Below the pieces are notes generated by a model. That model did no database searches. It was given only the letters and a program-made list of their open reading frames with translations, and was not told the origin of the DNA. The position numbers were made by a program, and so were the translations under genes. This document shows positions 24,202 to 32,876 of a DNA stretch of 49,355 nt, piece after piece. Position 1 is the first letter of the stretch; each line of letters opens with the position of its first letter. The DNA is from a virus. The stretch lies in IMG/VR virus record IMGVR_UViG_3300037458_000975. One strand, written 5' to 3'.

Positions 24202-25332
24202 CTACTTCGTTGGCTTCGGAACGTACTTGCGCTGCTTCGGGTCCCAGACCATTTCGACGGCGCCGGGGCTCACATCCCCGCCTTCCCCGAACCTCCGCTC
24301 GATCCGCTGGAACTCTTGCCAGGTTGCGTCGGAGTCTTCCTTCATCGTGTCGCGCAGGAAGGCCAGATACCGATCCCTCGGATTGAGCCCCTTCTTCGAG
24401 TCCATGAACTCCTGCGTCGCACGCGCTTGCCGCTGGTTGTATTGCTCCTCCGACTCCTGCGCCCCCTTCGGATTCGCAACTTTCCACTGCCTCGCGTACT
24501 CCTGCGCGCGTTGCACTTCGGCCGCGGTGCCGCCGGAAGTCGGCTTCGCAAACCGTCCGGTGCTCGTGTAGAACTCCTGCTGCGGGGTCATCGACTCTGG
24601 ATTTACCCGTAGATCGTCCGCCGTCGGAAGCCCGGCGATCGCCAGCCGTTCCTGCCTACGAGCCAGCATCGTCTCGTTCGCTGCCCCTGCTGTCGCATAC
24701 GACGACGCTGCAGACGCCTTCAAGGAGCGCTGCCGTTCCCGCTCCGTATTGATCGCCTCAAGTGCCTGCGTCATCCCGTACTTCTCCACGATGTCCGCCT
24801 CGAGTTGCCGCTTCCGCGCCTCCGCATTAGCGTTCCCAGTCATCGCCTCCAGTCGGGCAATCTCCGCTGCAGCCTTCTGCAACTCCTGCGGATGCAGCTC
24901 CTGCGCCCGCGACTCCTGCCCCCTGGTCTGATCCGTCCGTACCCGCTCGAGATCGGTCGTGGCCTGAATCCGCTCGAGCTCCGCTCCGCGCTTCGCCTGC
25001 TCCTCTTCCGCGAGTTGGCCCAGGTTGTACGCGCCGACTCCAACCCCCATCCCTTGCAGTCCCCGTCCGAGCGGTGTCTCGTTCGGCGCGAGCGGCACCC
25101 CAAGCGCCTGCCCAAAGAACATCAGCGCCCGCCCAACATTCGGATCTTGCATCTTTTGCTGGATCGCCTGCCACCCGTTCACCCTCGCCGCGAGCTCTTC
25201 CTGCGAGGCAGGAGGCTTCGGTTGGAACTCCGGCGGCAGCCCGTTTACCGCAGTGTTCGCCGCGTTGAGGTTCGTCGGCCCGGTGGCCTGGGTCTGCGGG
25301 TTGAGCCCGAGAATATCCGCGAGTCCTGCCAT
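24202..25332 (-). CDS. internal virion/ejection-type protein, coiled-coil (376 aa)
   Basis: Clean ORF with a central Glu/Arg/Gln-rich coiled-coil region. It sits between other internal-type proteins and the giant gene. Confidence 0.55.
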   Translation of the reverse strand: MAGLADILGLNPQTQATGPTNLNAANTAVNGLPPEFQPKPPASQEELAARVNGWQAIQQKMQDPNVGRALMFFGQALGVPLAPNETPLGRGLQGMGVGVGAYNLGQLAEEEQAKRGAELERIQATTDLERVRTDQTRGQESRAQELHPQELQKAAAEIARLEAMTGNANAEARKRQLEADIVEKYGMTQALEAINTERERQRSLKASAASSYATAGAANETMLARRQERLAIAGLPTADDLRVNPESMTPQQEFYTSTGRFAKPTSGGTAAEVQRAQEYARQWKVANPKGAQESEEQYNQRQARATQEFMDSKKGLNPRDRYLAFLRDTMKEDSDATWQEFQRIERRFGEGGDVSPGAVEMVWDPKQRKYVPKPTK

Positions 25333-25336
25333 GATC

Positions 25337-25786
25337 TCACCTCAGTCCAAGGATCTGCGCCAGTGTCGGAACCGCCCGCGGGTTCTGGATCACCGGCAGC
25401 GCGAGTTGCTGCATCGTCACCTGCGGCGAGCGGGTACCCGCCGCTCCCGCCCCCGGGAAGGGCATCAACGCCGGAGTCTTCGGCATCATCCCCGCGAGCG
25501 TCCGGAGGTTCTCATCCGTCAGCGGAGCGGTTGGCTTCGGCTGTGCCTGGGATTGCTGCCCCGACAGCGCACCCCCTCCCGGCGCACCGAAGATGATGTC
25601 GGCCAGCCCACCGCTCTGCGGAGGTGCATCGAGTTTCCAGTTCGCCGGATTCGACCCACCCGGCTCCTGCACCGTCGGCACCCCGAAGCCGCTCGTGAAC
25701 TGATTCTTCGCCAGCATATCCAGCAGATTCCCAAAAGGCGCCGGATCGTACTGCTGCGCGAGGGAAAGGAACATATCAGGAGTCAT
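25337..25786 (-). CDS. hypothetical virion protein, Gly/Pro/Gln-rich (149 aa)
   Basis: Clean ORF inside the coupled late operon. Confidence 0.5.
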   Translation of the reverse strand: MTPDMFLSLAQQYDPAPFGNLLDMLAKNQFTSGFGVPTVQEPGGSNPANWKLDAPPQSGGLADIIFGAPGGGALSGQQSQAQPKPTAPLTDENLRTLAGMMPKTPALMPFPGAGAAGTRSPQVTMQQLALPVIQNPRAVPTLAQILGLR

Positions 25787-27339
25787 TGCAGCACCCCGTA
25801 GTTAACGTGCTTGATTCCGTTGATCTCGACCACCGCCTCCGGCAGAACCGTCTCGACCTCCTGCGCCAGCACACCGACTTCCGGTCGGCCAAGCAGTCGA
25901 TACGAATAGATCCCGATCCCACTCGGCAGTTGCCCAAGCCGCTTGATGTCGGACTTCAGCCGCACATCCGACATGAACATCCCCGCGATCGAGGCAAGCA
26001 ACCCGATCCCCTGCATCGCGGTCTGTCCACTGGACGGCCCAGGATACTGATTTGTCGAGACCGTCATCGGGTTCGAGCCACCATACACGATGTTGGCGTA
26101 GTTCTGCAGCGGGGTCCACTCTTTGTTGAGGTCCCACACACGCTGCTGCGCCGCCGCGTTCTCCTGCGACTGCGCGAGCTGCTCGTTCTGCGATCCGATC
26201 GCCCCCAGCATAGCCGACGGATACGTCCCCGCCGCAAGCACATTCGGCAGCTGCCCCAGGGTGCTCGACATCGTGTTCAGCCCCTGATTGTACGCGTTGT
26301 TGTAGAGCCCCGCCATCTGCGCTTGCGTCCCGAGGTTCCGCAGCGCCTGTCCCTGCTGCATCGAGCCGAACTGCTGTGCGACCGAGTTCGCGGTCTGTCC
26401 AAGCCCCATCCCTAGCCCCGTATACGCCTGGCCTGCCTGCTGGCCCAGCGACCGAGTAGCATCGCCCAGGTTGTTCGCGGCTTGACCTCCGGCGAGTCCG
26501 AGTTGCTGCGCGAGGGTTTGGTTCCCGATCCCCAGATTGTTCGCGCCCGACATCCCCGCCTGCCGGACAGCGCTTGCCAGATCTTGACCAACCCTACCGG
26601 CCGCCACCCCCTCGGCGATGCCTTGACGAGTGCTGCCAAGTTGTCCGGAGTTGATGAATCCCGAGCGGATTTGCGGCATGATGACATCGCTGAAGTTCCG
26701 GCCGGCAAGCCGTGCCGCCTCCTCGACGTTGAGGTTGAGGTCCCCGAACTGCCGCTGCATCGACGAGCCAAGTCCCTGCGCTCCCGTCGCGAGCTGCGCA
26801 CCGAGGTTCCCGAACAGCTGATTCTGGCCGGCCCCGATGTTCCCGAGTCCAGTCCCGATCATGTTCCCGACTTGCTGTCCTTGGGTGGCCAGCTGGTAGG
26901 CGTTATTCGCCAGGTTCTGCTGAGCCAGTAGGTTTTCCATCTGATTCTGGCCCAGGAGCGTGGACCCAAGCGATTGCGCATAACCCTGGAGCGACGGATT
27001 GTTGTTGACATCGAGCACCCCCGAGAGACCGAAGTTCGCGGCGGACTGGCCAGTGTTGACCAGCGGCTGAGCCCCGTTCACCGCATACGAGGCAAGCATT
27101 TGCTGGGACTGCTGGGTTTCGGGGCTGAACGGAACGACCGCCGGCCCAGGGTAGCCCGCGCTCGCGAACTGATCCTTCGTCGCCCCGTAGATGCGAGCGG
27201 CCTCGTCCTGCACCTGTGTCCGACGAGCAGCCTCCTCCGGGGAGTACTGTTGCGTCGTGGTCGAGGTGGTGGACTGTCCCCCGCCTTTCCGATAAACCGG
27301 CCCGAACAGCCGGTACTTCCAGTGCAGCATCTCACGCAT
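25783..27339 (-). CDS. Gln/Asn/Gly-rich internal protein with C-terminal S74-type intramolecular chaperone autoproteolysis domain
   Basis: The last 62 aa are SDVRLKSDIKRLGQLPSGIGIYSYRLLGRPEVGVLAQEVETVLPEAVVEINGIKHVNYGVLQ (nt 25786-25971). The body is low-complexity (GQQAGQAYTGLGMGLGQ...), with a hydrophobic segment just before the Ser. Confidence 0.75.
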   Translation of the reverse strand: MREMLHWKYRLFGPVYRKGGGQSTTSTTTQQYSPEEAARRTQVQDEAARIYGATKDQFASAGYPGPAVVPFSPETQQSQQMLASYAVNGAQPLVNTGQSAANFGLSGVLDVNNNPSLQGYAQSLGSTLLGQNQMENLLAQQNLANNAYQLATQGQQVGNMIGTGLGNIGAGQNQLFGNLGAQLATGAQGLGSSMQRQFGDLNLNVEEAARLAGRNFSDVIMPQIRSGFINSGQLGSTRQGIAEGVAAGRVGQDLASAVRQAGMSGANNLGIGNQTLAQQLGLAGGQAANNLGDATRSLGQQAGQAYTGLGMGLGQTANSVAQQFGSMQQGQALRNLGTQAQMAGLYNNAYNQGLNTMSSTLGQLPNVLAAGTYPSAMLGAIGSQNEQLAQSQENAAAQQRVWDLNKEWTPLQNYANIVYGGSNPMTVSTNQYPGPSSGQTAMQGIGLLASIAGMFMSDVRLKSDIKRLGQLPSGIGIYSYRLLGRPEVGVLAQEVETVLPEAVVEINGIKHVNYGVLQ

Positions 27340-27811
27340 TGCAGTGTCCTTTCACATCGAACGCGACCATCTGGTACCGATGCTCGAATCCGAACTTCCG
27401 CACAAGTGCCCTTGCCATCCTATTGTGGCAGAGAGCCTCGATCCTCGCCACCCCATACTCGTGCATGATGGCACAAAGGTCTGACCAGAACGGCCGAGCA
27501 GCATCCAACCTGGAACCTCCGATCGCAACGATCCGGCAGGCCTTGTACTGCGGATACTGCACTGTCTCCGTGACCATTGCGAGGCGGACTTTCCCTGCTT
27601 CCCGGTACACGAAGAGCTGCATCCGCGACTCCAGCAGGAACCCGTAGACGTCGTCCGTAGTCAGCTCACCATACCCCGTATCGAGCGCCTTCCGAACCAG
27701 CTCTTCCGCCTCGGGCCAGACATACTCGACCACCTCGGGGTTGATGTACCAAACCCGATCCTTGTCAGCTTCCTCTCCACGCCAGGTGGTCGAGAGTGTC
27801 TCTTCCCTCAT
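27332..27811 (-). CDS. GNAT-like N-acetyltransferase (159 aa)
   Basis: The C-terminal ARIEALCHNRMARALVRKFGFE resembles the GNAT motif A/B region. Size is typical. The call comes from the motif only. Confidence 0.45.
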   Translation of the reverse strand: MREETLSTTWRGEEADKDRVWYINPEVVEYVWPEAEELVRKALDTGYGELTTDDVYGFLLESRMQLFVYREAGKVRLAMVTETVQYPQYKACRIVAIGGSRLDAARPFWSDLCAIMHEYGVARIEALCHNRMARALVRKFGFEHRYQMVAFDVKGHCNA

Positions 27812-28392
27812 TCCTTGATCCCTTCAGTCAACGTCCCGATGGAGTCGATCTGGTAGTGGAAATCGAGCTCGAGCAGCCGCACGTTCTCCGCGTAGTCGTC
27901 GGAGATGTCACGCTGCAACTGCCACAGCAGCATATCGGAGAACGTGACTCCAGTCATGTCGATCATGGGGAACATCGACAGGTTGTGCTTCTCCGCCGTC
28001 GCGAGATCACCAAGCACCGGATCGCCACAATCCTGCCAATCCGAGTACGCCCCAATCACAGCTCCCATCTTGACGATCGCGTACTTGAACTGCCACTTCA
28101 CCGGGTACTTGTTCGTCGCGTCCGCGACGGTTTTGGTCCAGTGAATGTGCGGATGGATCGACGAGCCCTGCTGCCACGCATGGGGCATCTGGGCGACGCC
28201 AGCAATCACATGGTTCCCGGTCGTCCCGCGGAACAGCAGCGTCCCTGGAACAGTCGTATCGTCGACTGTCGGCGGAGCCGCGCTTCCGGCCGGATTGATC
28301 CCCTGCGCAGGAAACCGCAGATCCTCCCACTGCCCCGTCTCGAAGTCGATGACGTTCGCGTGGGAAGGGTATTCGTACATCAGCTTCGGCAT
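27808..28392 (-). CDS. virion structural protein (194 aa)
   Basis: ATGA-coupled within the tail gene block. It has a HPHIHW motif. No family is securely recognised. Confidence 0.5.
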   Translation of the reverse strand: MPKLMYEYPSHANVIDFETGQWEDLRFPAQGINPAGSAAPPTVDDTTVPGTLLFRGTTGNHVIAGVAQMPHAWQQGSSIHPHIHWTKTVADATNKYPVKWQFKYAIVKMGAVIGAYSDWQDCGDPVLGDLATAEKHNLSMFPMIDMTGVTFSDMLLWQLQRDISDDYAENVRLLELDFHYQIDSIGTLTEGIKE

Positions 28393-28631
28393 TACAGTTT
28401 CTCCCAGTTTCCAGCAACCCTCACGTAGACTCCGGCGCCACTACCAGGATCCCATTCCGTCCCGTCCGCGACTGCGATCAGTCCGTCATACAGCTTCGCT
28501 GGCTCCACGTACAGCACGTCCAGCTGCCGTGCATGTCCCCGCGCAAACGCCTGCGCGATGAGCTGGAACTGTTCCTCAACATACCGCGCGAGCGCGGCAG
28601 GGTCCGTCGGTGCCTTAGTCGGAACGTACAT
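28392..28631 (-). CDS. small virion protein (79 aa)
   Basis: Coupled by 1-nt overlaps at both ends. It has an ADGTEWDPGSGAGVY motif. Confidence 0.5.
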   Translation of the reverse strand: MYVPTKAPTDPAALARYVEEQFQLIAQAFARGHARQLDVLYVEPAKLYDGLIAVADGTEWDPGSGAGVYVRVAGNWEKL

Positions 28632-30211
28632 CAGTATTTCCCGCTTTCCTCGACCTCATAGTCAAACCCATGGCACTTCCACAGGAAGGCCGAGGTCGAA
28701 CGGAACCGCAGGGCCAACAGCCGACCGGTCACGGAGAAGTCAACATGCCGATCCTGACCGATCCGGAACTGCCGAGTCTGCTTCCAGGTCACTGGCCCAT
28801 TGATCGTATCCTGCGACCCGCACATCACCTCCATCAAGTCGCCAGTCGTCCCCTCCACCCGCGGCCAGACGCGCTTCATCAGCTTGAGCGAGGTGAAGTC
28901 CGGCGGAGTCGGCTCGCGGACGGGAATGCCGAGGCCGAGTCGCTCAATGTAGCTCTCGTAGGCCGTCCCGAGCTCCGTCGCCCCGACATCCACTTTCGCC
29001 CACTGGGTGGTGCCGGGAATGGACATCAGTCCTTGCTGGAAGGCCGGATTAGCATTCGTCTGTCCCCAGACCGAGCTGTCCCCTTCCCACGGCTGGGTGT
29101 CTCCCTCCCAGACATCCACCGCTCCCGCCGCCGTCACAAAGCCAAACCCAATGTGCGAGACATTCGGCAGATCCCTCACCCCCAGCGTGTTGTTGTAGGG
29201 GCGCCAGATCAGGGCGAAGTTCGGAAGGGTCGCCCCTCCGGTCGGGATGCAGGCCCACACTTCCCGCTGCAGCGGCAGATAGTAAACGAACGACCTCGCG
29301 TAGTTGGTCGAGTCGACCGTCGCCACCAACGCCTTTACCGCTCGGTCCGTGATCAGGGACTTTACTGTCTGCCCATCGTGCAGCAACAGATCGTCCCCTG
29401 TGTAGACCACATGGCTGCCATCCGGCAGCACCGCTACGCAGTCCTGCGCGAGCGCACCGAATTGGCTGAACATCCGGTAGAACCGAAACACCTCCACTCC
29501 ACCGACATAGGCCATGCCCCAGGTGGAGTTGTTCTTGTAGACGACGTTTGTGTCGCGCTGTGGGAACTGATCCACCACCGGGTCGAGGGTCTCGCCCAAC
29601 GGGTACTCCCCCGCATCCTTCGCAGTATCCGTCGGGTCCCACGAGTCCGGCACCGACCCCGGCTCCGCGGAGTGGCTCCACTTCACCAGGTGCGGATACC
29701 GGGTCGAGGACTTCGTCACATCGAGGGCGACGAGGTAGTTCTTGTAGGGTTTGACCACTCGGGCCTTGGTCGACGCGGGCCAGTTCGGCAGTGCCATCAG
29801 CTTCGTTGCGGCCGAGGGGGGGCTCCAGTACTGCGGATCATCGACCCCGTTGTTCAGGATCATCAGCCCACCGAACACCCCACCGTTCCAGGGAGTCGAC
29901 GCACTCGCAGTGTAGTCAACATCCGTCCCTAGCGTCTGCCTCGTGATGTTCGTGTGGCTCGTCCCGTCGTAGCAGTAAACCTTCGCCAGCCCCGCATAGA
30001 CCCAATAGTTATACGACTCTGTCCGCTGGAACATCGAGAAGTACGGTGCCACACTCGGCGTTGAAACCTCCGCCGATCCCTTCGTCCGCTCAATCGAGCC
30101 CCCAACAAACCGCACATTCCGCCCGGCGCTCCAAATCCCGAGCGACAGCTCGTGCGGGGGCAGGTCAAAGTTGAGCCCCTGTCCGCCGGGGCTGTTGAAG
30201 GGGACGATCAT
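28631..30211 (-). CDS. putative tail tubular/nozzle-like protein (526 aa)
   Basis: The N-terminus PGGQGLNFDLPPHEL...GRNVRF.GGSIERTKG resembles the start of podovirus tail tubular protein B homologs. Position and size are compatible. Confidence 0.4.
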   Translation of the reverse strand: MIVPFNSPGGQGLNFDLPPHELSLGIWSAGRNVRFVGGSIERTKGSAEVSTPSVAPYFSMFQRTESYNYWVYAGLAKVYCYDGTSHTNITRQTLGTDVDYTASASTPWNGGVFGGLMILNNGVDDPQYWSPPSAATKLMALPNWPASTKARVVKPYKNYLVALDVTKSSTRYPHLVKWSHSAEPGSVPDSWDPTDTAKDAGEYPLGETLDPVVDQFPQRDTNVVYKNNSTWGMAYVGGVEVFRFYRMFSQFGALAQDCVAVLPDGSHVVYTGDDLLLHDGQTVKSLITDRAVKALVATVDSTNYARSFVYYLPLQREVWACIPTGGATLPNFALIWRPYNNTLGVRDLPNVSHIGFGFVTAAGAVDVWEGDTQPWEGDSSVWGQTNANPAFQQGLMSIPGTTQWAKVDVGATELGTAYESYIERLGLGIPVREPTPPDFTSLKLMKRVWPRVEGTTGDLMEVMCGSQDTINGPVTWKQTRQFRIGQDRHVDFSVTGRLLALRFRSTSAFLWKCHGFDYEVEESGKY

Positions 30212-31521
30212 AGCCGAAGGTAACGATTGACCATCAAGGTCGGCTGCACGTTGCCCTGGGAGCCAGCTCCCTCCGCAACAATCGTTACGGTGTGCGAGTG
30301 AGCTTGGTCTGCGGTGCCGCTCGTACCGCTGAGCGAGACCGTCGTAATGTGACTGTGGGTCGCAGTGATCGAGGCCGACATCAGCGCGGTAGTCCCCGAA
30401 ACAACGTGCTGGTGATTGGAACTTTCCGTCCCAGAGTTTCCAGAAACCGCGTGTTGATGGTTGGCTTGTTGTGCTCCGGTGCTAACAGTTCCCCCACTCG
30501 CTCCGGCAAGAGTTGAACCGGCACTGAAATTACTCGCTCCGAAGTTCGTCGGGGGAACTCCACCATGAGTATGCTCTGCGTTTTCATTCCCGGTAAGAAG
30601 ACTAATCCCATGGTAGTGCGTCGCATTCTCATTCTGCGACGTGATCGACACCCCGTGTGAGTGGTCTACACTCACACTGCTCGTGTTGAAGTTGTCGCTG
30701 GCGGCAAAGCTATGCGAGTGGGGAGTCAGGGCCGTCGCACTCGAAGCCGCGTGTGTATGGCTCATGAGGTATTCCGAACCCCCGGCTGCCAACAGCGTTC
30801 CCGGTACATACGAGACCAACCGACCCGCACCGCTATCAATCCCGGCCAGCACCCGTCCACGACCATCGGGCAGTACGAGTCGCCTTGCAATGTTCCAGTC
30901 CGTGGACCAGTCCGCACTACGAATAACTGCGCCGCCACCGGAGTTCTGCAACTCCAGTTGCGATACGGCCCACAAGAGGGAGAATAGCCGCTTATACCGG
31001 GCGCCGGTAAAGGTAGCACTAGAACTGTTCGACCCGATCGTTCCACCGTGGGCCAGGACGTACTGCTCCGCCGACAGCGAGAGCGGTGTCTCGACGAAAG
31101 TCCCCGAGGCCTCCCGCTGGTTGAGAATCTCGAATTTCCAGGCTGCCCCGTCATAGCGGACAACGGCGAAATCCCCACTAACAAACAAGGCCAGTGAGGT
31201 GCTGCCGTCCATAACCTGGACACAGCCCCCCGCTGCCACCTTGAACCCAAACTGCAACCCGTTTGTCAGCGACGAAGTCGGCAGGGTGCAAATCAAGTCC
31301 CCAGTGCACTCAAAAATGACGAAGTTCTCGGTTGTTGCGGATGGGCTGAAGGCTCCGGACTTTGAGACCGCCCGACCAAGTTGCCCCCCAACCGCCGGAA
31401 AGCAGGCCTGCAATACCGACTTCAACAGCCGGATATGGTCGTCGCCCTCTTTTTTCTCGTCCAGGTACCCCGGATACGCCGGGACCAGCGAGGCGATACT
31501 CGTTGCTGCTTCGATGGCCAT
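30208..31521 (-). CDS. tail fibre protein with phage tail-collar domain expanded by nine HxH motifs
   Basis: Collar motifs: LPDGRGRVLAG...AGGSEYLMSHTH and C-terminal NVQPTLMVNRYL. HxH motifs occur at aa 255, 268, 287, 302, 317, 355, 370, 389 and 408. Confidence 0.75.
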   Translation of the reverse strand: MAIEAATSIASLVPAYPGYLDEKKEGDDHIRLLKSVLQACFPAVGGQLGRAVSKSGAFSPSATTENFVIFECTGDLICTLPTSSLTNGLQFGFKVAAGGCVQVMDGSTSLALFVSGDFAVVRYDGAAWKFEILNQREASGTFVETPLSLSAEQYVLAHGGTIGSNSSSATFTGARYKRLFSLLWAVSQLELQNSGGGAVIRSADWSTDWNIARRLVLPDGRGRVLAGIDSGAGRLVSYVPGTLLAAGGSEYLMSHTHAASSATALTPHSHSFAASDNFNTSSVSVDHSHGVSITSQNENATHYHGISLLTGNENAEHTHGGVPPTNFGASNFSAGSTLAGASGGTVSTGAQQANHQHAVSGNSGTESSNHQHVVSGTTALMSASITATHSHITTVSLSGTSGTADQAHSHTVTIVAEGAGSQGNVQPTLMVNRYLRL

Positions 31522-32163
31522 CTAGTTCCCCTCTCCCATCGTGTTGACCTTGCCAGCTTCCCCCCGCTCGACAATCGCTACGCGCATCCGTTCGAGAGCC
31601 GCCTTCGCCCGCTCCCCGAACATCGTTGCTCGCTTTTCATCCTGCAGAAACGTTGCCAACGACTCCCCTGTGTAGCTAAGCAGCAACTCCGGCTCATACT
31701 TGAGCCAGTCGTTCTCCACTACCGACTCCACAGGAGAATCCTTCTGATAGCAAATCATCAGCAACTGATACCGCTGATCCGGGACTGGCCGGACGCGCAG
31801 GTAGTTCCCCGTCAACGTGTAGGCAGCTGGTGTGCCGAAGGTATTTTCCTCCGGGTATTTTGTCAACAATTCCACCGGGGGAAGTTTCTCCAGCCGTTTC
31901 CGCACCCCCTCAAGTACGATAAACAACCCCGAGGCCTCGGCGTCGTACTCCTTGATAAAGTCCTTGGGCAGTGGAACCCGTTCATCCTCTACAAGGGTGA
32001 GACAGGACAACTCCTCATTCACCAGGAAGTGTGGCAGGAACGAAAGTCCTTCCAGATTGTCCTGAGCCAACTGCATTTCCAATCGGAGTTGCGCCTCGAA
32101 CTCCGGATCAGTCCGATTCCCGAAGCGGCCCTTCATCAGGGAAATAGCATCAGTCAGTTTCAT
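31522..32163 (-). CDS. putative adaptor/neck-type structural protein (213 aa)
   Basis: The ATG at 32163 (M41 of ORF 31522..32283) gives a 14-nt overlap with the upstream gene. The function is guessed from position only. Confidence 0.35.
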   Translation of the reverse strand: MKLTDAISLMKGRFGNRTDPEFEAQLRLEMQLAQDNLEGLSFLPHFLVNEELSCLTLVEDERVPLPKDFIKEYDAEASGLFIVLEGVRKRLEKLPPVELLTKYPEENTFGTPAAYTLTGNYLRVRPVPDQRYQLLMICYQKDSPVESVVENDWLKYEPELLLSYTGESLATFLQDEKRATMFGERAKAALERMRVAIVERGEAGKVNTMGEGN

Positions 32164-32863
32164 TGTCCGTCCTATCCACGGGGGACTCAGAAGTCCAAGT
32201 TCCTGCAGGTTGCGCCGTCGGGGTCCACCCGCCAAAGACATCATCTGGAAGAATGTCGGGGTTCTTAACGTAGACAACAGCAAAGTCTGTACGCAAGGTT
32301 CCAGCTAGGGCAAGCGACACTGCCCCCAGTTCCCACGCAATGTAGGGTTCGCCAGCAACCGTGAGCGCCCCAGACATATCCAACGTCAGGTTACCAAGGG
32401 CAAAGGGGACAAGCAACCCTGCTTGCAGGCCAGTGTGTCCCCCGAGGGGAAGTGTCAGTGCGCCGAGATTAACCCCAATCTCGCGTCCAAGAGCACCAAC
32501 GACTCCAGAATATCCAGTTAAATCGAGTGACACCGTCCCAAGAGAAAAAAGTGCACCACCGTAGTACTCCAACGCCCCCGCAACTCCAAGATGTCCTACC
32601 AACGGAAGCTCGGCAGGCGCATCAAGGTCGAAGTCCGAAAGCGATGCGCCGGGGTCGCCTGCCATCCCCGGCGTGCCGGTCATCGCAAGCGAGAGGTTGC
32701 CGAGGGCAAACCCACTCGGGAAAGTGATGGTCCCGGTGAGCGTCGCAGAGCCCGAGAGCGCGAGCGACACGGCGCCGAGCGCGAACGCGGGCTCGCCCCA
32801 GTCGGCGTCCCAGTTGGCGCTCGACCCGCTCCACTCTTCGCCCCAGAGGGCCTCGTTCGCCAC
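32150..32863 (-). CDS. structural protein with six [FW]xLGx[VL][ST]Lx[LM][ST]G repeats (237 aa)
   Basis: GTG start with AGGAG upstream. The repeats were read directly in the translation (aa 27-192). Confidence 0.6.
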   Translation of the reverse strand: MANEALWGEEWSGSSANWDADWGEPAFALGAVSLALSGSATLTGTITFPSGFALGNLSLAMTGTPGMAGDPGASLSDFDLDAPAELPLVGHLGVAGALEYYGGALFSLGTVSLDLTGYSGVVGALGREIGVNLGALTLPLGGHTGLQAGLLVPFALGNLTLDMSGALTVAGEPYIAWELGAVSLALAGTLRTDFAVVYVKNPDILPDDVFGGWTPTAQPAGTWTSESPVDRTDNETD

Positions 32864-32876
32864 GGTGCGCGCGCTC

